A stretch of 22,043 bases of DNA from a virus, in the IMG/VR virus record IMGVR_UViG_3300029822_000952, one strand, 5' to 3'. Numbering within the stretch: the stretch's first letter is position 1; each line of letters opens with the position of its first letter. The position numbers and the translations under genes are program-made. The notes beneath the pieces are model-generated. The model saw nothing but the letters and a program-made list of their open reading frames with translations, ran no database searches and was not told the DNA's origin. This document shows, one piece after another, positions 7,432 through 14,794 of this stretch.

Positions 7432-8199
7432 TGCAACTACTGGAGCTGCATCCTCCACCGCGACGGCCGCGTGCTCCATGTGCGCGATGAGGACAGCCAC
7501 GAGGCGATCGTACAGCACTACCATCTCGACGACAACCGGCTGACCGACCGCGATTTCATCCGCATCGAGATCACGCCCGGCGACGCACTGAGCCGCGATC
7601 GGGCAGATTGGAGCTATAGGGTCGATGAGCCCCGGACCCTGCCGGACTGGTACGCCAACGACACCAGGCGCTGGGACGCCGTCGTATGGGCCGAGTGGGA
7701 GCGCGTGATGTCCGAGCAGATATGGGACACGCCCTGGTATGGCCGCGTGACGACCATGCGCGACCGTCTCGCCGCCCTCCGCCCCGGAGAGGCAGCGGTA
7801 TCTAGATCCGCCGTCCGCCCCGCGCTCGAAGAGCATCGCAAGCGCCTGATGGCGCTGGACGGCGAGCAACGCCAGTGGGCCATCTCGGAGGTGCGTTTTC
7901 ACAGTCCAGCAGAGTGGGCATCGGTCAGGGACTCGGTCTGGGACTCGGTCTGGGACTCGGTCTGGGACTCGGTCTGGGACTCGGTCTGGGACTCGGTCTG
8001 GGACTCGATCTGGGCATCGGTCAGGGCATCGGTCTGGGCATCGGTCTGGGCATCGGTCAGGGACTCGGTGGTCCATGAGGATGATGCCAACTACGGCCTG
8101 CCGCTGCTCGACATGCTGGCGGCCGGATGTGTGCTCTACGGTATCGATGACGATGGTGTCGCCCACGTGATCATGGTCGGCAAGGATGGAGGTGAGTGA
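7429..8199 (+). CDS. Tetrapeptide (W/R-D/A-S-V) repeat protein, 256 aa
   Basis: ATG after GGGGGTGAGTGAGC; MCNYWSCIL...DSHE N-terminus of a kind seen in phage repeat proteins; 13 tetrapeptide repeats. Confidence 0.75.
   Translation: MCNYWSCILHRDGRVLHVRDEDSHEAIVQHYHLDDNRLTDRDFIRIEITPGDALSRDRADWSYRVDEPRTLPDWYANDTRRWDAVVWAEWERVMSEQIWDTPWYGRVTTMRDRLAALRPGEAAVSRSAVRPALEEHRKRLMALDGEQRQWAISEVRFHSPAEWASVRDSVWDSVWDSVWDSVWDSVWDSVWDSIWASVRASVWASVWASVRDSVVHEDDANYGLPLLDMLAAGCVLYGIDDDGVAHVIMVGKDGGE
7915..8070 (+). repeat. 12-bp tandem repeat, 13 units (consensus TGGGACTCGGTC)
   Basis: WASV RDSV (WDSV)x5 WDSI WASV RASV WASV WASV RDSV. Confidence 0.95.
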
Positions 8200-8201
8200 G
8201 C

Positions 8202-8366
8202 ATGACCGGCACCCAATGCCACAAGTGCGGCCGCTGGATGACCGCCCAGCCGGAAACCGACATCATCCACGGAGAGCGGGTATGGTTTGGGACGACCTAT
8301 TATTGCGAGCGGTGCGACGACTCGATCTATGTAGACCGCCCAGCCCCGGCCGGGGGTGAGCAGTGA
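8202..8366 (+). CDS. Zinc-ribbon microprotein, 54 aa
   Basis: MTGTQCHKCGRW...YYCERCDD...GGEQ; GGAGGTGA RBS. Confidence 0.7.
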   Translation: MTGTQCHKCGRWMTAQPETDIIHGERVWFGTTYYCERCDDSIYVDRPAPAGGEQ

Positions 8367-8542
8367 TGGCTCGAGTCGTGCGATGCAAACACTGCCGCAA
8401 GGAGGTCGATGAGGCGACCGCCGCCAACTCCATCCAGTGCCTGGGAGCAGTGTTCTGCGACATGCAATGCTGGAGAAGATGGTCACGGGCCAGGGCACAG
8501 GCGGAACATGCCGAGGAAGAAGGAGATGATCCCCATGCCTGA
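8366..8542 (+). CDS. Zinc-finger microprotein (CxxC...FCxxxC, TRASH/FCS-like), 58 aa
   Basis: Hand translation MARVVRCKHCRKEV...AVFCDMQCWRRW; TGATG coupling. Confidence 0.65.
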   Translation: MARVVRCKHCRKEVDEATAANSIQCLGAVFCDMQCWRRWSRARAQAEHAEEEGDDPHA

Positions 8543-8957
8543 ATCGGACTGCGCCCTGACCGCTCTCGGCATGACGCTGGCCGACCGCATCGGGGGCGGC
8601 TGGTCTCAGCCCGAATATGAGACGTGCGACATATGCGGACGTCCGAACGAGGACGATGAGCATCACGTCACCAGCCGCCGGGGGAGGTCCGGCAACTGGT
8701 ACTATTGCAAGTCCTGCCTGGCCGGCGAGATCCTACGAGGGGAACCGTGCCCATACGTCCACATCAGCGAGTACAACGGATACGAGTATTGCAGCCATCC
8801 AGACGTTGGGGGCATGGGCTATCATCCATATTGTCGCCCGGATCCCCGCTCATCAGGCTTCCGCTGCCCCCTCGGGCTGTCGGGCAAGTGCTGGCAGCCA
8901 GTCAATAAGGCCGAGCCGGAGCGGGACGGCCGCCAAGCCACGCTGGAGGGATTCTAA
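8535..8957 (+). CDS. Cys-rich zinc-binding protein, 140 aa
   Basis: MPESDC...CDICG...YCKSCL...; start re-set from 8409 to ATG 8535 after AGGAGA. Confidence 0.65.
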   Translation: MPESDCALTALGMTLADRIGGGWSQPEYETCDICGRPNEDDEHHVTSRRGRSGNWYYCKSCLAGEILRGEPCPYVHISEYNGYEYCSHPDVGGMGYHPYCRPDPRSSGFRCPLGLSGKCWQPVNKAEPERDGRQATLEGF

Positions 8958-9136
8958 TGCAAAAACTAGGCCACATGTATTTTCGGTTAAAATCGAGTAC
9001 CTGTCCCGTCACTAGCCAGCGGCCGGAGCGGGAGCGGTGCGAGCAGTGCAAGCACATGATCGTCAGGGGCCCCGCCACCGGCGAGGGCCGCGCCATCCCT
9101 GAGCCAACCATGTTCTGCCGGCATCGGAGGGCCTAA
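8957..9136 (+). CDS. Cys-containing microprotein, 59 aa
   Basis: MQKLGHMYF...CPVT...CEQCKH...FCRHRRA; TAATG coupling, GGAGG RBS. Confidence 0.6.
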   Translation: MQKLGHMYFRLKSSTCPVTSQRPERERCEQCKHMIVRGPATGEGRAIPEPTMFCRHRRA

Positions 9137-9137
9137 G

Positions 9138-9308
9138 ATGACCGCCCCATGCACCTGGTGCGGCCGGCCCACCGAGCCGGGACAGCGCCGCTACGTGGAC
9201 CGATACGTCACCTGGTGGGTATGCGTCGACTGCTACCGGGCGACTCGCCGCGCCCCGGTGCCGGCCATGCCGCTCGGGAGCGCCCAGAACAAGGGGGGAT
9301 TGGCGTGA
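9138..9308 (+). CDS. Zinc-finger microprotein, 56 aa
   Basis: MTAPCTWCGR...WVCVDCYR; GGAGG RBS. Confidence 0.65.
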   Translation: MTAPCTWCGRPTEPGQRRYVDRYVTWWVCVDCYRATRRAPVPAMPLGSAQNKGGLA

Positions 9309-9484
9309 GCCGTCGGTGCTCTAACTGCTACTGGGTCGATTGGGGGGACGTCGAGGATCTCGACAACGACCCATGCGAGCATTGCCGCTATGATCCCGGA
9401 CGATACAACTGGCGGTCTAGGGACTCTCCCGTCACATGGATATACTACCGGGAGAGCCGCAGCGTACGGAGGCCAGCGCCATGA
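9305..9484 (+). CDS. Zinc-finger microprotein, 59 aa
   Basis: GTG start overlapping TGA; RRCSNCYW...PCEHCRY. Confidence 0.6.
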   Translation: MSRRCSNCYWVDWGDVEDLDNDPCEHCRYDPGRYNWRSRDSPVTWIYYRESRSVRRPAP

Positions 9485-9669
9485 ATTCCGAACCCGTTAC
9501 ATGGAGATGCAACCGGCCGGGCTGTCCGGATGCTTTGTATTCGGACGGCTGCCGGTGCACATGCCCCGACTGGCCGGGACGTAAGTGCCCCGCCAATCCT
9601 CGCCGAAAAGCGAATTGGGTGAAGGAGGGCGCGGACCTGGATGGCGAGAAGATGGGGGAATTTGCATGA
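9481..9669 (+). CDS. Cys-rich microprotein, 62 aa
   Basis: MNSEPVTWRCNRPGC...GCRCTCPDW...KCP; ATGA coupling at both ends. Confidence 0.6.
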   Translation: MNSEPVTWRCNRPGCPDALYSDGCRCTCPDWPGRKCPANPRRKANWVKEGADLDGEKMGEFA

Positions 9670-9986
9670 GCAAAAAACGAGCTAAGAAGCACGATATGTA
9701 TGGCTGCTTACAGCCTCCAAGGGGGCAACCCGTTTGGATGCACGACGATGAGGAAATCATAGGCGAGATAGGAGGTCCAAAGTTTGCCTTTGAGTTCTTC
9801 ATTCACGCCGACGGGTTCGGAGTTCTAAATCTTATTACACCCGGAGGGCAGAGAGTCGATAGAATCCTCATCAAAGAGGGGAGATTTGTTCAGGACGAAG
9901 ATTGGATTAGGTTAAATAACACCGCTCAAAAGTGTAACCCCTCACCGGACCGCCGGACTGCTGGGTTACAGTCGGAGGGATTGTAA
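9666..9986 (+). CDS. Hypothetical protein, 106 aa (AT-richer than its neighbours)
   Basis: ATGA overlap at 9666; MSKKRAKKHDMYG... Confidence 0.6.
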   Translation: MSKKRAKKHDMYGCLQPPRGQPVWMHDDEEIIGEIGGPKFAFEFFIHADGFGVLNLITPGGQRVDRILIKEGRFVQDEDWIRLNNTAQKCNPSPDRRTAGLQSEGL

Positions 9987-9996
9987 AGGAGATTAC

Positions 9997-10033
9997 ATAT
10001 ACACATAATGTATATATACGCATAATGTATATA
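9997..10033 (+). promoter_or_regulatory. Internal promoter with two tandem palindromic operators
   Basis: ATATAC(A/G)-CATAA-TGTATAT at 9997-10015 and 10014-10032; CATAATGTATATA direct repeat at 10004 and 10021; TATATATA at 10011-10018. Confidence 0.65.
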
Positions 10034-10055
10034 CTACAATTAGAGGTTGAGCAAG

Positions 10056-10355
10056 ATGGTGACCAAGAAGAAAATTGAGGAAATGTATGCGAGCAAGAAC
10101 GAGGGCCACGTCCCCGCAGCCGTGATGAGGCAGCTGGACAAATACGAGGAGGACGCCAAGGGCATCCACACGACGGACATGTCCATGCTGTTGCAGGACG
10201 CCCCTGCGGTGCGGTATCTGGAGGATTACGAGGTCGTCAGGGAGATCACCGATGGCATCCAGAGGGAGTACATGGACCTAGGACGCATCATGTACATGAG
10301 CGAGGGCCTGCTGCGCGATCTCAACGGCATGGGCGACCTGCCCGGCGGCATGTGA
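10056..10355 (+). CDS. Hypothetical protein, 99 aa (alternative TTG start 10047)
   Basis: GAGGTTGA RBS; first gene after the internal promoter. Confidence 0.65.
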   Translation: MVTKKKIEEMYASKNEGHVPAAVMRQLDKYEEDAKGIHTTDMSMLLQDAPAVRYLEDYEVVREITDGIQREYMDLGRIMYMSEGLLRDLNGMGDLPGGM

Positions 10356-10360
10356 TTCCG

Positions 10361-10444
10361 ATGAAGGCGACCATCGGCCTGGAGCTGTTCGGCGAGGTAC
10401 AGGGGAAGCTGATGGAGATAATAGAGCAGGGGCCATCGCAATGA
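10361..10444 (+). pseudogene. 27-aa ORF carrying a duplicate of the 5' end of the 10590 gene
   Basis: MKATIGLELFG then diverges (EVQGKLMEIIEQGPSQ). Confidence 0.5.
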
Positions 10445-10593
10445 GCATCACCATACACCGCTGCAAGCGATGCGGGCATGAGTGGGCGCAGCGCGGCGAG
10501 AGCAAGCCGAAGACATGCCCCAACCCCGCCTGCCGCTCCCCCTATTGGGACAAGGAGCGCACCAGGCCGCGTCCGGAGGCCCGGAAGGCATGA
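10441..10593 (+). CDS. Zinc-ribbon microprotein, 50 aa
   Basis: HRCKRCGHEW...KTCPNPACRSPYWD, a common archaeal/viral zinc-ribbon pattern; ATGA coupling at both ends. Confidence 0.75.
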   Translation: MSITIHRCKRCGHEWAQRGESKPKTCPNPACRSPYWDKERTRPRPEARKA

Positions 10594-11006
10594 AGGCGAC
10601 CATCGGCCTGGAGCTGTTCGGCGACAACAATCGGCAACGTCTTGAAGCTGAGAGGCGGATGATTAATGAGCTATCGCCCGGCTTAGGCGACCAAGTCATC
10701 GGCCAGGACCCCGACAGCATATGGATTGCTGAGATCATTGGCTACAACGACCGCTCTGAATACCAACGCCGGTACCTGCGAGGGCGACGGGATTATACCA
10801 AGGCCAACTCCAAAGGCTCTCGGGGCGTTTTTATGTGGTACATCCTGGAGGCCGGAAAGACCTACGAGGTAAGTTCCAGAGCATCATGGTCGCGCATGGA
10901 CCGATATTTCTGCATCGTGTCTCCAGAGGGCGACATCATAAGGATAAGCAAAGAGGAGGTGGACGCATGGCTGAGCCTGCTTCATGGAAGCGAGAACTGG
11001 GCATAG
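10590..11006 (+). CDS. Conserved hypothetical viral protein upstream of ibrAB, 138 aa
   Basis: DYTKANSKGSRGV...GKTYEV...RYFC motif; overlaps the IbrA start by 40 nt. Confidence 0.7.
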   Translation: MKATIGLELFGDNNRQRLEAERRMINELSPGLGDQVIGQDPDSIWIAEIIGYNDRSEYQRRYLRGRRDYTKANSKGSRGVFMWYILEAGKTYEVSSRASWSRMDRYFCIVSPEGDIIRISKEEVDAWLSLLHGSENWA

Positions 11007-12181
11007 ACGTTCTGACCGCCGCCAGGCAGCGCATCGCCTGGGTGTTCGACAATTTCCCACGCATATACGTCTCGTTCAGCGCTGGAAAGGACAGCACGGT
11101 CATGCTGCACCTGGTGGCCGAGGAGGCGCGTCGCCGCGGCAAGAAGATCGGCGTGCTTCTCGTCGATCTCGAAGGGCAGTACAAACTGACGATCGATCAC
11201 GGGCTGAGCATGTTCCGCGAGTACGAGGACGTGATCGAGCCGTTCTGGGTCTCGCTCCCTCTGCTGCTGCGCAATGCCGTGTCGCAGTACCAGCCCCGCT
11301 GGACGTGCTGGGACCCCGAGGCCCGCAAGGACTGGATACGCCAGCCTCCGGAGATCGCCATCACCGACGAGCGGTTCTTTCCGTTCTTCCGGCGCGGCAT
11401 GGAGTTCGAGGAGTTCGTTCCCGAGTTCGGCCACTGGTACGGGGGCGGCAAGCTGACCGCCTGCTTCGTGGGCATCCGCACCGACGAATCGCTCAACCGC
11501 TGGCGGACCATCGCCTCCTCGACCAAGCAGCGCATGGACGGTAAGGGCTACACCACCTGGATCGGAGAGGCGCTCTACAACGTCTATCCGATCTACGACT
11601 GGCGGACCGAGGACATCTGGCGCTATCACGGCAAATATCCCGACAGGCAGCATAACCAGCTCTACGACCGCATGCACCAGGCGGGGCTGACGGTGCATCA
11701 GATGCGCATCTGCCAGCCGTACGGTGACGACCAGCGCAAGGGACTATGGCTGTTTCACATCATCGAGCCGGAGACGTGGTCGCGCGTCGTCGCCCGCGTC
11801 AACGGCGCGAACCAGGGCGCGCTGTACGCTCAGGAGAACGGCAACATCCTGGGCATCAACAAGGTCACGCTGCCGCCCGGGCATACATGGCAGAGCTTCT
11901 CGATATTGCTTCTGCAATCGATGCCGGAGCGGACGGCGGACCATTACAAGGACAAGATCGCGGTGTTCCTGCACTGGTGGTCTCAGAGGGGCTACCCGGA
12001 CGGCATACCGGACGACGGGGAGATGAGCAAGGACGCCCCGAGCTGGAAGCGCATCTGTAAATCGTTGCTCCGCAACGACTACTGGTGCAAGGGGCTGTCG
12101 TTCACGCAGACAAGCTCAGCGGCATACGAGCGCTACAAGAAGATGATGAAGGTGAGGCGGAATAAATGGAACCTGATCTAG
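10967..12181 (+). CDS. ibrA: IbrA-like PAPS-reductase/PP-loop protein with DUF3440-like C-terminus, 404 aa
   Basis: YVSFSAGKDS PP-loop, GIRTDESLNR, YPIYDW, MRICQPYG, WKRICK.LL.ND motifs; GAGGAGGTG RBS before ATG 10967. Confidence 0.88.
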   Translation: MAEPASWKRELGIDVLTAARQRIAWVFDNFPRIYVSFSAGKDSTVMLHLVAEEARRRGKKIGVLLVDLEGQYKLTIDHGLSMFREYEDVIEPFWVSLPLLLRNAVSQYQPRWTCWDPEARKDWIRQPPEIAITDERFFPFFRRGMEFEEFVPEFGHWYGGGKLTACFVGIRTDESLNRWRTIASSTKQRMDGKGYTTWIGEALYNVYPIYDWRTEDIWRYHGKYPDRQHNQLYDRMHQAGLTVHQMRICQPYGDDQRKGLWLFHIIEPETWSRVVARVNGANQGALYAQENGNILGINKVTLPPGHTWQSFSILLLQSMPERTADHYKDKIAVFLHWWSQRGYPDGIPDDGEMSKDAPSWKRICKSLLRNDYWCKGLSFTQTSSAAYERYKKMMKVRRNKWNLI

Positions 12182-12687
12182 AATGGACGGCGAGGCATCC
12201 GGTGTCCCACGTTCGGTGGGTGCCGGCCGGGCAGGTGCACGCGAACGACTACAACCCCAATTCCGTGGCTCCGCCGGAGATGAGGCTGCTGCGCATCAGC
12301 ATCGAGGAGGACGGGTTCACGCAGCCCATCGTGGTGTGGCAGGTTGCCGATAACGAGTATGAGGTCGTGGACGGGTTCCACCGCCACCTCGTCGGCCGAG
12401 AGCTCGGAATGACCCATCTGCCCGTCGTGGTGGTCAACCAGGACCGCTCCGACCGAGGCGACAGGATCGCGTCGACCATCCGGCATAATCGGGCCAGGGG
12501 CAAGCACCAGGTCGGCGCCATGAGCGACATCGTGCAGGAACTGGCGCGACGCAACTGGAGCAACGAGAAGATAGGGCGGGAGCTCGGCATGGAGCCCGAC
12601 GAAGTCCTGCGGCTCAAGCAGATCTCCGGGCTGGCGGAACTGTTCGCCGATGAGGAGTTCAGCGAGGCATGGGATGTCGATGTGTGA
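12166..12687 (+). CDS. ibrB: IbrB-like ParB/Srx-domain protein, 173 aa
   Basis: ANDYNPN.V...SI.EDGFTQPIV...VVDGFHR...STIRHNRARG; overlaps the IbrA stop by 16 nt. Confidence 0.88.
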   Translation: MEPDLEWTARHPVSHVRWVPAGQVHANDYNPNSVAPPEMRLLRISIEEDGFTQPIVVWQVADNEYEVVDGFHRHLVGRELGMTHLPVVVVNQDRSDRGDRIASTIRHNRARGKHQVGAMSDIVQELARRNWSNEKIGRELGMEPDEVLRLKQISGLAELFADEEFSEAWDVDV

Positions 12688-12717
12688 ACATAATGACCGC
12701 ATCCAAGAGGTGACGCC

Positions 12718-12993
12718 ATGAGAGCCGCCCTATACGCCAGGGTCTCGACCGACGACCACGACCAGAACCCCGAGACCCAGCTCCGCGTGCTGCGGAAGAT
12801 GGCCGAGGCCCGAGGATACACGATCTTCCGGGAGTACATCGATGAAGGATGGTCGGGCGCTGACCCAGGCCGCCCTGGCATGATAAAGCTCCGCAAGGAC
12901 GCCAAGGCCCACCGCTTCGACGTGCTGCTGGCCCAGGACACCATGGATCGTCTGGTCAGGATGCGGGCCGCCGTCGAGGGGAGGAGAGCATGA
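12718..12993 (+). pseudogene. Truncated serine recombinase (resolvase catalytic domain only), 91 aa
   Basis: LYARVST catalytic Ser, SG...RPG, DRLVR, then ends without helix E or a DNA-binding domain. Confidence 0.75.
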
Positions 12994-13307
12994 TCGCCGC
13001 CGAAGTGCTCCAGGCAGAATGGCTCGACCGCCCGGTCAGGCAGATGGCGGCCATCGCTCACATCGGGGAGATGCAGGAGCGGGTGGAACGTGGCCACGCC
13101 GACATGGGCGAGACCACGGCGCTCCGTATCCGCGAGACGCTGGGGGCCAGTAACAACGTCTACAAATTGCTCCAGATACTCCAGGAGGACGGCCTCATAC
13201 GCCAGGGTCCAGTGGTCAGGGTCAGATGGCGCTATTCCGCGCCGTGCTACGAGCTGACTCCGCTTGGCTGGGAGCTGTACCATTCTATCAGGAGGCTCGT
13301 GCAATGA
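12990..13307 (+). CDS. Winged-helix protein, 105 aa
   Basis: TTALRIRETLGASNNVYKLLQILQEDGLI...YELTPLG. Confidence 0.7.
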   Translation: MIAAEVLQAEWLDRPVRQMAAIAHIGEMQERVERGHADMGETTALRIRETLGASNNVYKLLQILQEDGLIRQGPVVRVRWRYSAPCYELTPLGWELYHSIRRLVQ

Positions 13308-13549
13308 CCACGCTCGACAGTTTCCTATCAGAGGCCGACAAGCGTCCGAACTACCTGGCCGAGCAGAAGCGACGCAAGGCCGAGATCGAGGCGAGACGCC
13401 CCTCGCAGATCCCGGAGGACCTGCTGCTCCTGGAGGACGAGCGGCAGTTCTGCGACGCGTATCGGGCGAGGTACCGAGTCAATGCGCGAGGCATCGAGAT
13501 CATGCAGTGGTTCCATGCCGAAAAGCTCCGCAAGAGGAGGCGGTGCTGA
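13304..13549 (+). CDS. Hypothetical protein, 81 aa
   Basis: GGAGG RBS, ATGA coupling; MTTLDSFLSE... Confidence 0.6.
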   Translation: MTTLDSFLSEADKRPNYLAEQKRRKAEIEARRPSQIPEDLLLLEDERQFCDAYRARYRVNARGIEIMQWFHAEKLRKRRRC

Positions 13550-13749
13550 TGGACCCGAGCACCCGCGGACTGCTGGGACACATCACCCGCTGGAATCATC
13601 ACCGGCGTCCATACATCCGGCGCTATCCGGCGAACTGCATCTGGCGCGGATGGCTGCCGCCGATGGCTATCGACGAGCTGAGGCAGTTCGGCAACTCCGT
13701 CAGGCCCCTGGGCGGCGGCGTGTACATACTGAACGAGGTGATCGAGTGA
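13549..13749 (+). CDS. Hypothetical protein, 66 aa
   Basis: GAGGAGG RBS, TGATG coupling; MDPSTRGLLGH... Confidence 0.55.
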   Translation: MDPSTRGLLGHITRWNHHRRPYIRRYPANCIWRGWLPPMAIDELRQFGNSVRPLGGGVYILNEVIE

Positions 13750-13922
13750 GCTGCCCTCTGAAGCCCGGCATCTCGTGCGCCAGGACGTCCGAGATGGTCG
13801 AGTCGACTCCTTGCCCAGGCTGCACCGCCGGAGACGCTAACGGCCGTTCTAGACGCCCTGAGCCTGTGCGTGCCACACTCATCGCCACCGTCCGAGTGGT
13901 AGATCCCATGGGGGTGCGGTGA
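13746..13922 (+). CDS. Cys-rich microprotein, 58 aa (paralog of the 5157 N-terminus)
   Basis: VSCPLKPGISC...PCPGCTAGDANGR; GAGGTGA RBS, GTGA overlap. Confidence 0.65.
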   Translation: MSCPLKPGISCARTSEMVESTPCPGCTAGDANGRSRRPEPVRATLIATVRVVDPMGVR

Positions 13923-14089
13923 TGGTCGAGCTGACGCGCCGCCGCTATCGCTGCCCGGACTCCTGCGGCCTGGATTGCACCATCGAGGTCAACAGCACCA
14001 GGGTGATCGATGACTGGGAGTGCCCCGGCAACCGTGGGCACATCTACGACTGGATACTGCTCGATGAGCAAGATGGAGGTGAGCAGTGA
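13922..14089 (+). CDS. Cys-rich microprotein, 55 aa (paralog of 7110-7280)
   Basis: MVELTRRRYRCPDSCGLDC...C...IYDWILLDEQDGGEQ. Confidence 0.7.
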   Translation: MVELTRRRYRCPDSCGLDCTIEVNSTRVIDDWECPGNRGHIYDWILLDEQDGGEQ

Positions 14090-14475
14090 TGGCCCGTAAG
14101 AGAACTTGTTCCTGGTGCGGTCCAGGCGACCAATCCGGACCCAATAACGGGTTCTACTACCTGTGCGAGGAATGCTACGACGAATGGGACTATTACATGC
14201 ACATAGGGAGGCTGGCCGTCAAGGAGTTGAAGCTGACCCACCCAGGCGCGTACCGGAGCCGGATGGAGGACATGATCAGGTCCCATTCCGACTTGTTCAG
14301 GCGGTTCGGCAATCTCAAGACTATCCAGACAGCGCTAGATAAGGGCGATATGGGCCCGATGGTGGAAGCCCTCCCGAAGGAGTTCGCAATGAAGCATTAC
14401 CCGGAGCATTTCGACGAGGCGGGGAACTGTAAATCGAACGTCTTGGCCCGTAAGGCCGGGGGTGAGCGGCGATGA
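14089..14475 (+). CDS. Zinc-finger protein, 128 aa
   Basis: CSWCG...YLCEECY; ends in GGERR. Confidence 0.7.
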   Translation: MARKRTCSWCGPGDQSGPNNGFYYLCEECYDEWDYYMHIGRLAVKELKLTHPGAYRSRMEDMIRSHSDLFRRFGNLKTIQTALDKGDMGPMVEALPKEFAMKHYPEHFDEAGNCKSNVLARKAGGERR

Positions 14476-14626
14476 TCCAGCAGGGCGAGATCCCCGACTG
14501 CTACGGTATCGAGTGCTGCGATGAGTGCGCGATCGACTGCCCATTTTACATGGACTGCGAGGCCGACAGCCGAGAGGACGAGGATGACGACTGGGTTGGC
14601 GATGGCCTGGGGGGTGAGTGAGCATG
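14454..14626 (+). repeat. 173-bp exact direct repeat, copy 2
   Basis: Identical by eye to 7259-7431. Confidence 0.95.
14472..14621 (+). CDS. Acidic Cys-rich microprotein, 49 aa, copy 2
   Basis: Identical to 7277-7426. Confidence 0.7.
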   Translation: MIQQGEIPDCYGIECCDECAIDCPFYMDCEADSREDEDDDWVGDGLGGE

Positions 14627-14794
14627 GCCTGGGGATACCCCAAATTCGAGATCACCGCGACGGTGGACGGCGAGGAGGTGGGCTCGGTCAGGACGGGCAT
14701 AACCAACGCCATGTGCTACATCCACGACTGGATGGCCCGCTACTCTACCGAGACCCTGACCATCGTCATAGTGCCGGGAGGTGAGCGGCGATGA
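14624..14794 (+). CDS. Hypothetical microprotein, 56 aa
   Basis: Hand translation MAWGYPKFEITATVDGEEVG...PGGERR; cassette-type junctions at both ends. Confidence 0.65.
   Translation: MAWGYPKFEITATVDGEEVGSVRTGITNAMCYIHDWMARYSTETLTIVIVPGGERR

Larger units (their letters stand above)
10361..10624 (+). repeat. 35-bp exact direct repeat (10361-10395 and 10590-10624) starting at an ATG
   Basis: ATGAAGGCGACCATCGGCCTGGAGCTGTTCGGCGA occurs twice, period 229 bp. Confidence 0.95.

Noticed and set aside
7915-8070. CRISPR array
   Set aside because: Contiguous 12-bp units with no spacers, in frame within a CDS; no cas genes
7110-14626. Diversity-generating retroelement (TR/VR pairs)
   Set aside because: No reverse transcriptase; the 173-bp copies are identical and the paralog differences are not adenine-specific
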